Shown here piece after piece: positions 28,270 to 40,416 of a DNA stretch of 64,000 nucleotides (positions are counted from its first letter, which is position 1; the number at the start of each line of letters is the position of its first letter). The DNA is from Laetmonice hystrix (Eukaryota). Location: the NCBI GenBank assembly GCA_965235115.1, contig OZ249446.1, positions 14,012,001 through 14,076,000 of the forward strand, written 5' to 3'. The position numbers and the translations under genes were made by a program. Below the pieces are notes generated by a model that did not search any database, had not been told where the DNA came from, and worked only from the letters and a program-made list of their open reading frames with translations.

Positions 28270-29545
28270 GTGAGATGGGGGTCCATATTTCATAGTGTAA
28301 TATGCCCCTTGTTCAATATTCATACCAGCTCACTGAGAGATTGGGGGGGGGGGATAGTCACCTAGAAATTGGGGGTGAGGGTGGGTCCAAATTTCATAGT
28401 GTAATATGGACCCCCCCCCCCCGTGAAGAATGAGAGGTATGTTACGGCATATAGTCGCCGTGCATAGTTTGTCGGCGGCGACAATATATGCACGGCGACA
28501 AAATATGCCGTAATACAGTAGGCTACCCATATTTCTACCAGCTCACTGTGAGATTGGGGGGGGGGTTCTATATTTCATAGTGTAATATGGACACCCCCCC
28601 CCCCCCCCGTGAAGAATGAGAGGTACCCATATTTCTACCAGCTCACTATGAAAGTGGGGGGGGGGGGTAGTCAGCTAGAGATTGGGGGGGGGGTCCAAAT
28701 TTCATAGTGTAATATGGAACCCCCCCCCTGAAGAATGTGAGGTATGTTACGGGATATATTGTCGCCGTGCATATTTTGTCGGCGGCAAAAATATGCCAAT
28801 GTTTGCCGGCGACAATATATGCACGGCGACAAAATATGCCATAACAAAGTAGGTTACCCATATTTCTACCAGCTCACTGTGAGATTGGGGGGGGGGTCTA
28901 TATTTCATAGTGTAATATGGACACCCCTCTCCCAAGAATGAGAGGGTTCAATAGTCATACCAGCTCACTGAGAGATTAGGGGAGGGGTGTCCATAGTCAC
29001 CTAGAGATTGGGGGTGGGGGTGGGGGGTGGGGTCCAAATTTCATAGTGTGATATGGACCCCCCCCCCCCCCCATGAAGAATGAGAGGTACCCATATTTCT
29101 ACCAGCTCACTATGAAATTAGGGGGGGGGAATTCACCTAGAGATTGGGGGGGGTTCCAAATTTCATAGTGTAATATGGACCCCCCCCCCCCCTGAAGAAT
29201 GAGAGGTATGTTACGGGATATATTGTCGCCGTGCATATTTTGTCGGCGGCGAAAATATGCCAATGTTTGCCGGCGACAATATATGCACGGCGACAATATA
29301 TGCCGTAAAAAGTACCCATATTTCTACCAGCTCACTGTGATATTGGGGGGGGGGGTCTATATTTCATAGTGTAATATGGACATCCCTCTCCCAAGAATGA
29401 GAGGGGTGGGGGTGGGGGGTCCAAATCTCATAGTGTAATATGGACCCCCCGCCCTGAAGAATGAGAGGCACCCATATTTCTACCAGCTCACTGAGAGATT
29501 GGGGGGGGGGGGGGTGTGCATAGTCATCTAGTGAAAATGCCCCCC
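28270..29545. repeat. Internal modular repeat of the TA element
   Basis: About 9 copies of atttcatagtgtaatatgga with poly-G/poly-C flanks. Three gtcgccgtgcata...tatgcacggcgac hairpin modules lie at ~28454, ~28761 and ~29225. Confidence 0.85.
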
Positions 29546-29757
29546 AATGAGAGGCTTCCATATCTATATTCCGACTAACATGACCATAAAGAAATTGCTT
29601 TGGATTATCCTGTAAACCTTCAACGTTACATTTTAAGTTGTTATTTTCCTTTAAAACAGTAGTTCAGACCCTAGAGTACAGTATTATTGCGACAAGACGT
29701 GCAAGAGGTGGGTGTTATGGAACTTAATTGTGTTAACGGTAATGTTAATGGAGCCAT

Positions 29758-29916
29758 CAGGGGCGGATCTAGCTTTCAGAAAGGGGGGGGGGGGGGTGAT
29801 GTTTAAGTGAAGGTGTCGAAAAGGGTCCGGAAGCATGCCGCCCATTAGCCTGTTGTCTAGTTTTTTTGCTCCATTTTGCAACCCCCCCCCCCCCCCAACC
29901 CTTAGATCTTCCACTG
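29758..29916. mobile_element. MITE (~160 bp) nested in the TA element
   Basis: Imperfect TIRs caggggcggatctag / tagatcttccactg, with gccat on both sides (29753-29757 and 29917-29921). The terminal 21 bp are duplicated (29903-29944). Confidence 0.6.
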
Positions 29917-30488
29917 GCCATACTAGATCTTCCACTGGCCATACGACCATTGCATAGGTATACGGTGCGCGGTAGCTGCTGACCAAACTTGAGGCACGTG
30001 CCGTAATCAACGCCTTGCTCATTGTCATCTCAACCCCAATAATGCTTTCCCGTGGTTGGTTGATCATTGTCCATAAACTGAACAAAAAGTCGAAGGGGGT
30101 CCATATTTCATGGGGGGAGTCCATATTTTATAGTGAAATATGGACCGGGGGGTCCAAATGTCACTACGAAATATGGACCGGGGGTCCATAATTGGGGGGT
30201 CCAATTTTCATATCACACCGGTACCGAACACACTCTTTACATTTTCTTGACCATGATGATTGTGTATACCCTATTGAACAAATCAGCGTAGGCCTACAAT
30301 CGCGGTTTGGGAATCAAGATCTGAACTTTCTCTCCCCTAGTGTTTAGAGGTATACTAACAACAGACCGATTCGTCCCATCACACCCCGCTAAGCGTGCGG
30401 TAGTTCCTTGTGTCGAATATGGTACGTTTATTTCTCCATAACATAAAAACGAGTTGTTCCGAGTTCATTGGGGAATTGTATGAGTCTT

Positions 30489-30678
30489 GTAACAGCTACA
30501 GCTGCCTGCCAATGACCTAACAAGGCTCCATGAATACTAGGCTGCCAGGATAAAATACCGCCCAGTATTACACCTCCCCGCGTGTAACAGCTACAGCTGC
30601 CTGCCAATGACCTAACAAGGCTCCATGAATACTAGGCTGCCAGGATAAAATACCGCCCAGTATTACACCTCCCCGCGT
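30489..30678. repeat. Tandem duplication, 2 x 96 bp
   Basis: gtaacagctacagctgcc...acacctccccgcgt occurs at 30489 and 30585. Confidence 0.95.
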
Positions 30679-32850
30679 AGTTAGGGATCGACTAATCTAT
30701 AGGGCGAATTCTGTACAAAGCATTGATTGGGGGCTTTGTATGCAGGGAATTTCACCAGAGGGACCTTCTGAAGGAGAAATGGACATGATGTACCATGGCA
30801 GTCTATCGCTGGTTTCATCCGACGTTTTACAAGGTGTGACGTTCTGTTGCGACTGTAAGTAAAACTGTCAGTGCCCAGTAAACGGTTCGGCTCACAGGGC
30901 AGGGTGCGTCTATGGCGGCTGGCTTCTTACTACACACTTCAAACACGACACCTGGTGTTCATCAAAGGAATTAATCGTCTATTCGATAAATATTCTACCT
31001 CACCGTTTCCTAATTCTTCCCGGACGTCACCCGCTACATAAATCCCCCCGCCCCTGAAAGTTCTGATTTAGTGTAAATATAGTTTTTGTGACGCCTATCG
31101 TGCGAGTGGAAACTGATGGACGTAGCAGGTTGGCGGATAGACTCTCTCCAAACACAAGTGTTCACATCCTGCACAAAAGAAAACACGGTACCTCCCGATA
31201 ACTCACGCTCTCCGCCTCTCCTATTCTCAATGAAAACACCCGGCCACCGGTCCGGACACCGGGCCACGTTTGGACCCTCGATTGTGTTTTCTCACTCTGG
31301 TTCTGGCCCTCCATCCCCGTATTGTTGGGAAGTTTACTTTTTTTGCAACTCGACAATTCCGGATTACGAAATTGCTTTTTGTTGCAGCTTCATCAGTGGC
31401 AAGAACATTGTCGTTGGAACTCTCTCCATTCCAATTTGGGATCTCCAATTTCATTTCGGTCCTCACTCTCCAGAGCATACAGGACCTATAGCATAGATCC
31501 TCTATTCCTCGGCTATATAACACATTATGCCCTGAATATTACGGTCCCAATACGGTATAATACGGTCCCAAATGGAATCCTATAGGCCTACTGTAGTTTA
31601 AATCCAGTGGCTATCAATATGATATATTATGTAGGTCTATACGCCTATAGAGGACGATAGATCCATTGCTAAACGACACGCAAGCGAGGACAGTGCTCCC
31701 TTCATCCCCATGTCTTTGGCTAGGTAACCCGCTGTCTCCCAGTGGCAAGAAACAACCCTTCAGCCCATCTTCAATCGCTGGTCCCGCCCAAGATGCCTGC
31801 CCCGAACAAACACATCTGGGGGCCCTGAGATATGGCTCGGACGGCTCCTTTGGCCCTTTTCGTCCTGTGCTTATAACCCACGAGAATCATCCATCTCTTC
31901 ACTGAGAATAAGCAAGGCAGGAAAGGGCAAGGTTTTTGTTGGTATTGTATGGAATGAGTGTAGCCTGGTAAATGAGGCAAGCCTTCTCTCTGCTCCAGGA
32001 CTCAGCTCTCTGGAAGACATCGTATTCATTTGCCGTCGATGTCTTCTGACACAGAATCAGCCAAACGTGAAAATAGTGAAACACAGGCTGCCACACTCAC
32101 CGTCATCTGTACCTGTTACAACATGAGGCGCTGCTCGGAATACATCGGAACACGTTGGTACTGATCGTGCCTCAGGTCACCAATCACAGAAAGGGAAAAA
32201 CACAGGCAGAACCTCTTCTATGAATTAATCTTTCTCTCAACTCTCTTCTTGCAAAGTCACTGCAATAATTCTTAGGTTTTGTTGCCCCCAACTGGAAACG
32301 GGTTCAACATCAAAAGATCACATCCGAATGATAACAAATCGACTCACACTCCGGATCCACGAATGGTTTTCACAATCACTAAATCAACTGTAAATTAACA
32401 TTAGCCAATCCTATCTCAACTCAAAGATATTAATCTAACGCATTTTATTTAGGCAGGCGGGAGAGGTAAGTGCCTCCACTTGCCCCCCCCCCCCCCTCCC
32501 GCTGTAATGACCCCCATAGCCTATTGGAGACTTGCCTACACGAACGAACGAACGAACGAACGGACACTGACGGGAAATAGAAAGCTTTTGATGCTAACGT
32601 TTTTGCTGGCGAGTTTTCTCATATCTCATCCAGGAGGGAAAACTATCGAGAAAGAGAAAGATTATCTTATACATGAATTATCTCTTGGGAGGATCGAAGA
32701 CGAAGAAATACCGTCACGTGGGAGTGACGGTCACCACAGTGTCAGTGCTTGTCATTCACAATACTTAAAGTTATGTCAAATGACTGCCTCGCCCTTACCT
32801 TGTGACTTCCCAATCTGATGGGCGATACTGATAATAATCACTCCACTCAC

Positions 32851-32898
32851 CCTGACGACCGATTCAAAACGGTTTTAGACTTCAGTACTGCAACTTAC
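32851..32898 (-). other. Candidate recursive splice site with a 48-nt cryptic RS exon
   Basis: Minus strand: gtggtgttgtatttgtatgttacag|GTAAGT (junction 32899/32898). A second strong donor, cagg|GTGAGT, follows 48 nt later. The RS exon has a TAA in phase 0. Confidence 0.7.
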
Positions 32899-33120
32899 CT
32901 GTAACATACAAATACAACACCACTGAGGATGGGGCCGGATTCATCAATGTTACTTATCAATACAATATGAGAATTGTACGGAAGCAATGCTTTCAAATGG
33001 TATTAATAGTTACCAAAGGTGAAGATCTTGACATATCAATACTAAAACCTCAGTATTCTCACGACCAACACATGATATGCATGTATGAAGACCGAAAAAT
33101 CCTGCCACCACAGGGGCAGA

Positions 33121-33181
33121 ACCACACTCCTTCCCATGAGCCTCTTCGTGCCTACCGAGAGGCTCATGGGATGGAGTTTGG
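33121..33181. other. Long hairpin (pre-miRNA-like geometry)
   Basis: The 20-nt arms actccttcccatgagcctct (33126-33145) and agaggctcatgggatggagt (33158-33177) pair with a single mismatch around a 12-nt loop. Confidence 0.6.
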
Positions 33182-35900
33182 GGCAGAACATTTCGATACC
33201 AAGACTCAAAAGAGTCAGAAATCACAGGCATGAAGCATATCAACAGGCAAGTCTTGAAGACGAACCAAAAGCACTCCCGAGGTCTCGCCAGGAAGGTCTG
33301 ATTCTCAATCAGGCGGGAGGAGAGGCGATAATGAAAAGAAAATATGATGAAAGAAAATACCGAGTGTCAGTGGAGTGTCTTCGTTCTCTGATTAGAACTG
33401 TGCTGTCATACACGACAACTACTGAATGCTGCAGACACGGTAAAACATCCCACAATGTGAGACACGGAATCCAGCCGCAACAGTTCGGACAGTTTGCCAG
33501 CGTTTCAATATTTGTTTAAAAAACAGGAAATTAGTGGTTTATTGATATAATTAATCAAGTGAACAGCCACTTCATGTCCGAAATCTGATAGCTGCTCGTT
33601 GGAGAATACAATACATTCTGAAATGCAAATTTCTGGGTACTTGGAATTATTCAAATCAGTGAGATTTTCAGACTGTTGAAGTATAGGAAAAGGCGTGGGT
33701 TGCACACACGCTGTTATTGTGACAAGGTGACGAATACATTGAAACGGCTTGGCCTGTGGGGATGACGTCAGAAGCAACAGGCAATGAAGTCGGTATCAAC
33801 ACCAGTAGGTTAATACTATTTCTGGTATACAGCACAGGGTGTTAAAATGACCGGAAACCCCCCTCTCCCCCCACCCCCAACCATCCACTGTCAGACACCG
33901 TGAGGTGGTCATATCACGTGACTACTTGAAGTAGGTCACGAACGTGTGGCTTGAGATTTCAGAAAGACGTCCATCAGGCACTAAAACATTCCCTCCATAT
34001 CAAATAGTACTTACTCTGACCTCTTGCTCAAACCGCGGGGTGAAACCCGGCGTACGGTATCGGACGTCTGACTCTCCCAATCCCCACTGTATAACTTACT
34101 GCCAGCAATTGAACTTCAATTAGCCCACAACTGGGACAGATCTAAACGACTCTCGCCATACTCTGCCTTGTCTTCAACATCAACACATTCAGCTAAGAAA
34201 TTGCTTTGTCCTAAGAAAGCACCGCTTCAAATCCCAACTGCCGCATTATATTGGTCGAATCCCTACGGAAGCTCCCTCGTAGCTCATTCCGAGAAGTATC
34301 TGCCATTATCTTGATTGCATAGATATGGCAAATCTTGCAACGGAGGATTGTTCATGTAGCAACTTCAAGTTAAGCGAGGCAGTAGATTCAACACAGCAAA
34401 GGCTTTTCTCTGGTTAAAAAAAATGGTTTTCTATTGATTCACTTAATTATTCATCGTCCGTACTGCAAACAACTGGAGAACTAGAATATCCCGTAAAAAG
34501 TAGTTTGCTAGTTTCGTAATGTATACTGAAGGTGAAATTTGATCGGACCAATCCACTGGTTGTCTCCCTGTTTCCATAAATTTATCAACAGTCGTATCAT
34601 GTTATCATAATTAACAGCGAACTTACATTACGGCATTAGTTATTAAACCAGCTGAATATTAAATGGCAACCTTCCCATAAGGTCGTCACTGTTTAAAATG
34701 TCAGCCTAACTGGCCTGGACTGGAGTTACCTCTGGGGTAATGTTACGGAGCTCACCAAATGTCAAGGTCAATATCAGGGCACATCTAACGACCTTGTCTG
34801 CTGATCCTTGGCCGCCCACGGTCCTGACCACCGGGTGAGGGGGAGACTGTACACAACCACCCCAGCCACCCTCGGCCACCTAACCCTGACCACCGACTCG
34901 TATGGTTTTCTATCTGGACTCAGGGCCCATAGAATGGACATTTTGTACACCAAATACTGCGTGTTAAATTAAGGAAGCACATGGTGCCATGTGATTACAA
35001 AGAGCCTCTTGGCCTTTTACAAGCTAACAATTGGGACACTGCAATGTGACGTCCCAAGAGTGGCCCTTTACTGTCCTTCCTGTTTGGTTAGTGCACCGGT
35101 ACATTCTACATGTATATGTTTGTATATAGGACTTCACCCGGACATGTTCCAACACCCTCAGGTCTACTTATCTGTACAACACATAAAGCATAACTCAGAC
35201 CCTAACTTCAACTGGAATCCCCCGTGAGTTTTCATGGGGTCAGCCTAATTAGCACCCGTGTCTCAGCCCTACCCTGAAATCACCCTAAGTCACGCTATGG
35301 AGGCAGCCTAAGCCCATGCTCAGTTTTACCATATGTCCAATGGTTAACCCCCTCCACCTCCCCCATAAATCCTGCACTGGAACGTGTTGAAATCGTCGAC
35401 CAATATTTTCATATCGTATACGCCTTACTTCAAATACGGCAAGCTTGGATGATAGCAAAACCGAATCTTGTTTTTAACAGCATCAAGTTTTAATTCGGCA
35501 TCATGGCGACACGTATTTAGAAACGCGCTGCCTGTGGTAATATCTGCCATGGACACCATTATTATCTGCCATGGCCACCATTAATAGACAGTTGCCGCCT
35601 CTGACAGTCAGTAAGTCTGTGTGAGGGCCAGGATAGACTACCTACACACCGGCCCCACGCACGGTAACGGGCAATCGTCGAGTGCACAAAACAACGCTAA
35701 TTTCCATAATTAAAGCAATTTTTACTAATCAAGTTATTTTAATGAGCACAGCCAAATTTTGCTACTTGGCCTACTTTAGTTCGCCTAAACAGAGAACGAA
35801 AATGACATGTCCATCAGGTGAAGCTCTGCCAGGATTTCATCCATTATCACTCAAATCAATCAATCAGTCGGCAATGGTTCCGAGAGTTTCCCAAGCTACA

Positions 35901-36229
35901 GAAATCCATAACCTCTCTACAATGGTGGAATTAGCTAGCCGGAATGTGAAATCCATAACCTCTCTACAATGGTGGAGTTAGCTAGCCGGAATGTGAAATC
36001 CATAACCTCTCTACAATGGTGGAATTAGCTAGCCGGAATGTGAAATCCATAACCTCTCTACAACGGTGGAGTTAGCTAGCCGGAATGTGAAATCCATAAC
36101 CTCTCTACAATGGTGGAATTAGCTAGCCGGAATGTGAAATCCATAACCTCTCTACAATGGAGGAATTAGCTAGCCGGAATGTGAAATCCATAACCTCTCT
36201 ACAATGGTGGAATTAGCTAGCCGGAATGT
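35901..36229. repeat. Minisatellite, 47-bp unit, 7 copies
   Basis: gaaatccataacctctctacaatggtggaattagctagccggaatgt repeated (35901 to 35948). Confidence 0.95.
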
Positions 36230-36346
36230 ACATTTCCTTCCCTCAGTCGGAGTATAACTAAGAATCGAAACGAACGCACGATGTACGCTTCTATCGACAC
36301 TCCGACTCTGCCCACCTCTGGATGATTCAACAAACCACGGGATATA

Positions 36347-38385
36347 GGGACAAACTGACACAATCGGCATACAAATCCCACAACAGCCAACATATACCCG
36401 CCTTCACCTGTCAAATAGGGACAAACTGGCACAATCGGCATACAAATCCCTCAACAGACAACGTATACCCGCCTTCACCTGTCAAACAGGGACAAACTGG
36501 CACAATCGGCATACAAATCCCTCAACAGCCAACGTATACCCGCCTTCACCTGTCAAACAGGGACAAACTGGCACAATCGGCATACAAATCCCTCAACAGA
36601 CAACGTATACCCGCCTTCACCTGTCAAATAGGGACAAACTGACACAATCGGCATACAAATCCCTCAACAGACAACGTATACCCGCCTTCACCTGTCAAAC
36701 AGGGACAAACTGGCACAATCGGCATACAAATCCCTCAACAGACAACGTATACCCGCCTTCACCTGTCAAACAGGGACAAACTGGCACAATCGGCATACAA
36801 ATCCCTCAACAGACAACGTATACCCGCCTTCACCTGTCAAACAGGGACAAACTGGTACAATCGGCATACAAATCCCTCAACAGCCAACGTATACCCGCCT
36901 TCACCTGTCAAACAGGGACAAACTGGCACAATCGGCATACAAATCCCTCAACAGACAACGTATACCCGCCTTCACCTGTCAAACAGGGACAAACTGACAC
37001 AATCGGCATACAAATCCCTCAACAGACAACGTATACCCGCCTTCACCTGTCAAAACAGGGACAAACTGACACAATCGGCATGCAAATCCCTCAACAGACA
37101 ACGTATACCCGCCTTCACCTGTCAAACAGGGACACACTGGCACAATCGGCATGCAAATCCCTCAACAGCCAACGTATACCCGCCTTCACCTGTCAAACAG
37201 GGACACACTGGCACAATCGGCATGCAAATCCCTCAACAGCCAACGTATACCCGCCTTCACCTGTCAAACAGGGACAAACTGGCACAATCGGCATGCAAAT
37301 CCCTCAACAGCCAACGTATACCCGCCTTCACCTGTCAAGACAAACTGGTACAATCGGCATACAAATCCCTCAACAGACAACGTATACCCGCCTTCACCTG
37401 TCAAACAGGGACAAACTGGTACAATCGGCATACAAATCCCTCAACAGACAACGTATACCCGCCTTCACCTGTCAAACAGGGACAAACTGACACAATCGGC
37501 ATACAAATCCCTCAACAGACAACGTATACCCGCCTTCACCTGTCAAACAGGGACAAACTGACACAATCGGCATACAAATCCCTCAACAGACAACGTATAC
37601 CCGCCTTCACCTGTCAAACAGGGACAAACTTGCACAATCGGCATACAAATCCCTCAACAGACAACGTATACCCGCCTTCACCTGTCAAATAGGGACAAAC
37701 TGACACAATCGGCATACAAATCCCTCAACAGCCAACGTACATACCCGCCTTCACCTGTCAAATAGGGACAAACTGACACAATCGGCATACAAATCCCTCA
37801 ACAGCCAACGTATACCCGCCTTCACCTGTCAAATAGGGACAAACTGACACAATCGGCATACAAATCCCTCAACAGCCAACGTATACCCGCCTTCACCTGT
37901 CAAATAGGGACAAACTGACACAATCGGCATACAAATCCCTCAACAGACAACGTATACCCGCCTTCACCTGTCAAATAGGGACAAACTGACACAATCGGCA
38001 TACAAATCCCTCAACAGCCAACGTATACCGCCTTCACCTGTCAAATAGGGACAAACTGACACAATCGGCATACAAATCCCTCAACAGCCAACGTATACCC
38101 GCCTTCACCTGTCAAATAGGGACAAACTGACACAATCGGCATACAAATCCCTCAACAGCTAACGTATACCCGCCTTCACCTGTCAAATAGGGACAAACTG
38201 ACACAATCGGCATACAAATCCCTCAACAGACAACGTATACCCGCCTTCACCTGTCAAATAGGGACAAACTGACACAAACGGCATACAAATCCCTCAACAG
38301 ACAACGTATACCCGCCTTCACCTGTGTAATAGGGACAAACTGGCACAATCGGTATACAAATCCCTCAACAGACAACGTATACCCC
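36347..38385. repeat. Minisatellite, 71-bp unit, ~29 copies
   Basis: ggacaaactggcacaatcggcatacaaatccctcaacagacaacgtatacccgccttcacctgtcaaacag repeated, period 71. Confidence 0.97.
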
Positions 38386-39267
38386 GCTCCCTCATGAGTA
38401 ACGTTAAAATCATTTATCTGGGATCTCCGCCCAGTATAACGAATACATCTTTATACTACAGTATATTGCCTTCTATTGGTCATCCTTTTCTCAATCTTTC
38501 CTATAACAATCACTTATCGGATACATTCTGATATTCTGTGGTCAATTTGCCGAGGATGAATATCCCCCCCCCCCGACTTAATGACCCCATAGGTACGCCC
38601 ATGCCTCTTGTCCACCCAAGTGCACTATTACCAAACACACTGGGCACTAATCCTTGAGGCAGCCAGCAATCTGCGATTGTTCTCCCAAACCCTGGCTGTG
38701 GACCCATTCGTCGACACCTCGGCCTCGGGGGCCGACATTCGGCACTGGCTCTGCAACCTCTGTCAGTGTCGCGCGCCAAGACACACTTAATGATGTAAGT
38801 ACTATCGACGTCCTTTGTATTCGACAAAAACCGACGGGGACAGAAAGAACCGGCCTCTCGTTTTGTATCCTTAGGGAGGCCTGCCTGCCAGAGACGTCCA
38901 CCCTTTCACACCAATACTTGAAAGCCATTTGATTTGTTGGCTTCAGTTCCGCCTGCCACCATAAGAGGGCGCCATGTGAAATGGTACAATAATGCTAAAA
39001 GCGACACCCACCAACCCACCGCGCATCCCGCCTTGGTTCGACCTAATGACCTTTCAATCTGTCTGACCTCCACACTTAACCCCAAGGTCATGTCACCGTC
39101 CTGAGAGGTAAAACATTCAGGCCTTGCTCCAGTAAATCAGGTTGTCTGATATAGGCTGGTCAGCCATGATGACTGTGTGGTGGACCTGGGGCTGGTTAAA
39201 CCGCGGGAACTTCCACAGCTGCCATCCGTCAAACTCGCCCGGCGTCACCCCCTCCCTGATCCCTTAC

Positions 39268-40110
39268 CCCATCCCCTAACTTTCCTATCCTCGCCATGTT
39301 ATAACACCTATTCCACAAGTACGTCTGAGACATTCCGAATAATCTACTCTGTCAGCCTCCTCGCACACCTCACAGAACTATTCCCTTTTTTCGACGAGTC
39401 ATTGTAAATGATATTGAAATTTCTTCTTTTTAAAAACGGAATAGGGTGGACGGATGGGAATCTGGTTCCACTATTCCATATTGAGAAAGAATCAGCACAT
39501 GTCAAGCAGCACTTTTCCAATTAGATTTGTAAATTTGTACAGCTGAACTACTGAACGCACGTGGACAAATGCTGGGACGAACACAGCGCCGCCTAGCGTG
39601 GAACTCGTGGAAGTGTGTTCCTGCTTGGAGAGTCCCAGCGTTGTTTTCGAAAGTCTGGGGCCTTCCCAATACTGAACTCTCGTTCACCCAGCGGGCCCCG
39701 GGTTCGAGCACCCATTACTCTCCTCTCCAGGCACAACTCCCTGGAGAGAACTTCCTCCAGACCGTGAACCCCTCCGTCCGCCTCAAGCGGCGTCTCCTGG
39801 TGCTCGAACACTCTGGAGGAAGGCAGCCATACTTCATCCTGCCACCCCCCTCCTTCAGTCAGCAAAGTCCTTTAATTCCAGCGTTGTTCCTCCGGAGGAT
39901 GCCAGCTCCACTTTCGTTTTGCTCCGGAGAGACGGAGAGCGTTGTCTGTGTGGCGAGGCTGGCGCCGCCAGCTGTCCGGGAGCAGCTGGCTCCAGGCCGG
40001 TGCCCAGTACCAGTCCCGACTATTACTCTGTCTGAGCAGCTGGTCTCTCTCTCTCTCTCTCTCTCTCTCTAACTCCACATCTCTACCCCGCCCCCTCCCC
40101 AATCCTCCCT
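39268..40110 (-). promoter_or_regulatory. Candidate alternative promoter/first exon of the minus-strand gene
   Basis: On the minus strand: an ATTGG (CCAAT) box, a GGGGCGGGG box, (GA)n, then a CpG-rich stretch. It ends in aacATGGCG...GATGGG|GTAAGG (MARIGKLGDG, or MSQTYLWNRCYNMARIGKLGDG from 39333), a phase-0 donor like that of exon 54463-54651. Several upstream ATGs weaken the model. Confidence 0.3.
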
Positions 40111-40416
40111 CACCGATGTCCGCTGTTTGTTGTGTGTGGGAGGGAATCTGAAGGTGCTCCGTGATCAACATACGGGCTGGGGAGGGGGGGGGGGGGTTCT
40201 AGTCTGCAACACTGGCCCTGGCTTCGCCGACTGTCTACTTAGATACTCCCTAGAACTATCTATATAGGCTTGTTGTCTCTATGCAGACACTGTCTGGGTC
40301 GGTGGTCCTAATCTGTTCATTCAACTAGTGTCCAGGGCATTGTTCCTTACTGGTGTATTCAGATACTGAACAGTGTTTGCTGTCTGACACAACATCCGCA
40401 TTGAACTAACCACCTA

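Larger units (their letters stand above)
27608..30221. mobile_element. Non-autonomous TIR DNA transposon (~2.6 kb) with TA target duplication
   Basis: Left end ta|CCGGTGTGAGATGCAAAATGGACCCCCC; the right end reverse-complemented reads ta|CCGGTGTGATATGAAAATTGGACCCCCC. Subterminal ggacccccggtccatatttc repeats occur at both ends. No transposase ORF. Confidence 0.85.

Noticed and set aside
39569-40072. 167-aa plus-strand ORF
   Set aside because: No recognisable domain, and it runs into a (CT)n tract. It is better explained as GC-rich UTR/promoter sequence of the opposite strand.
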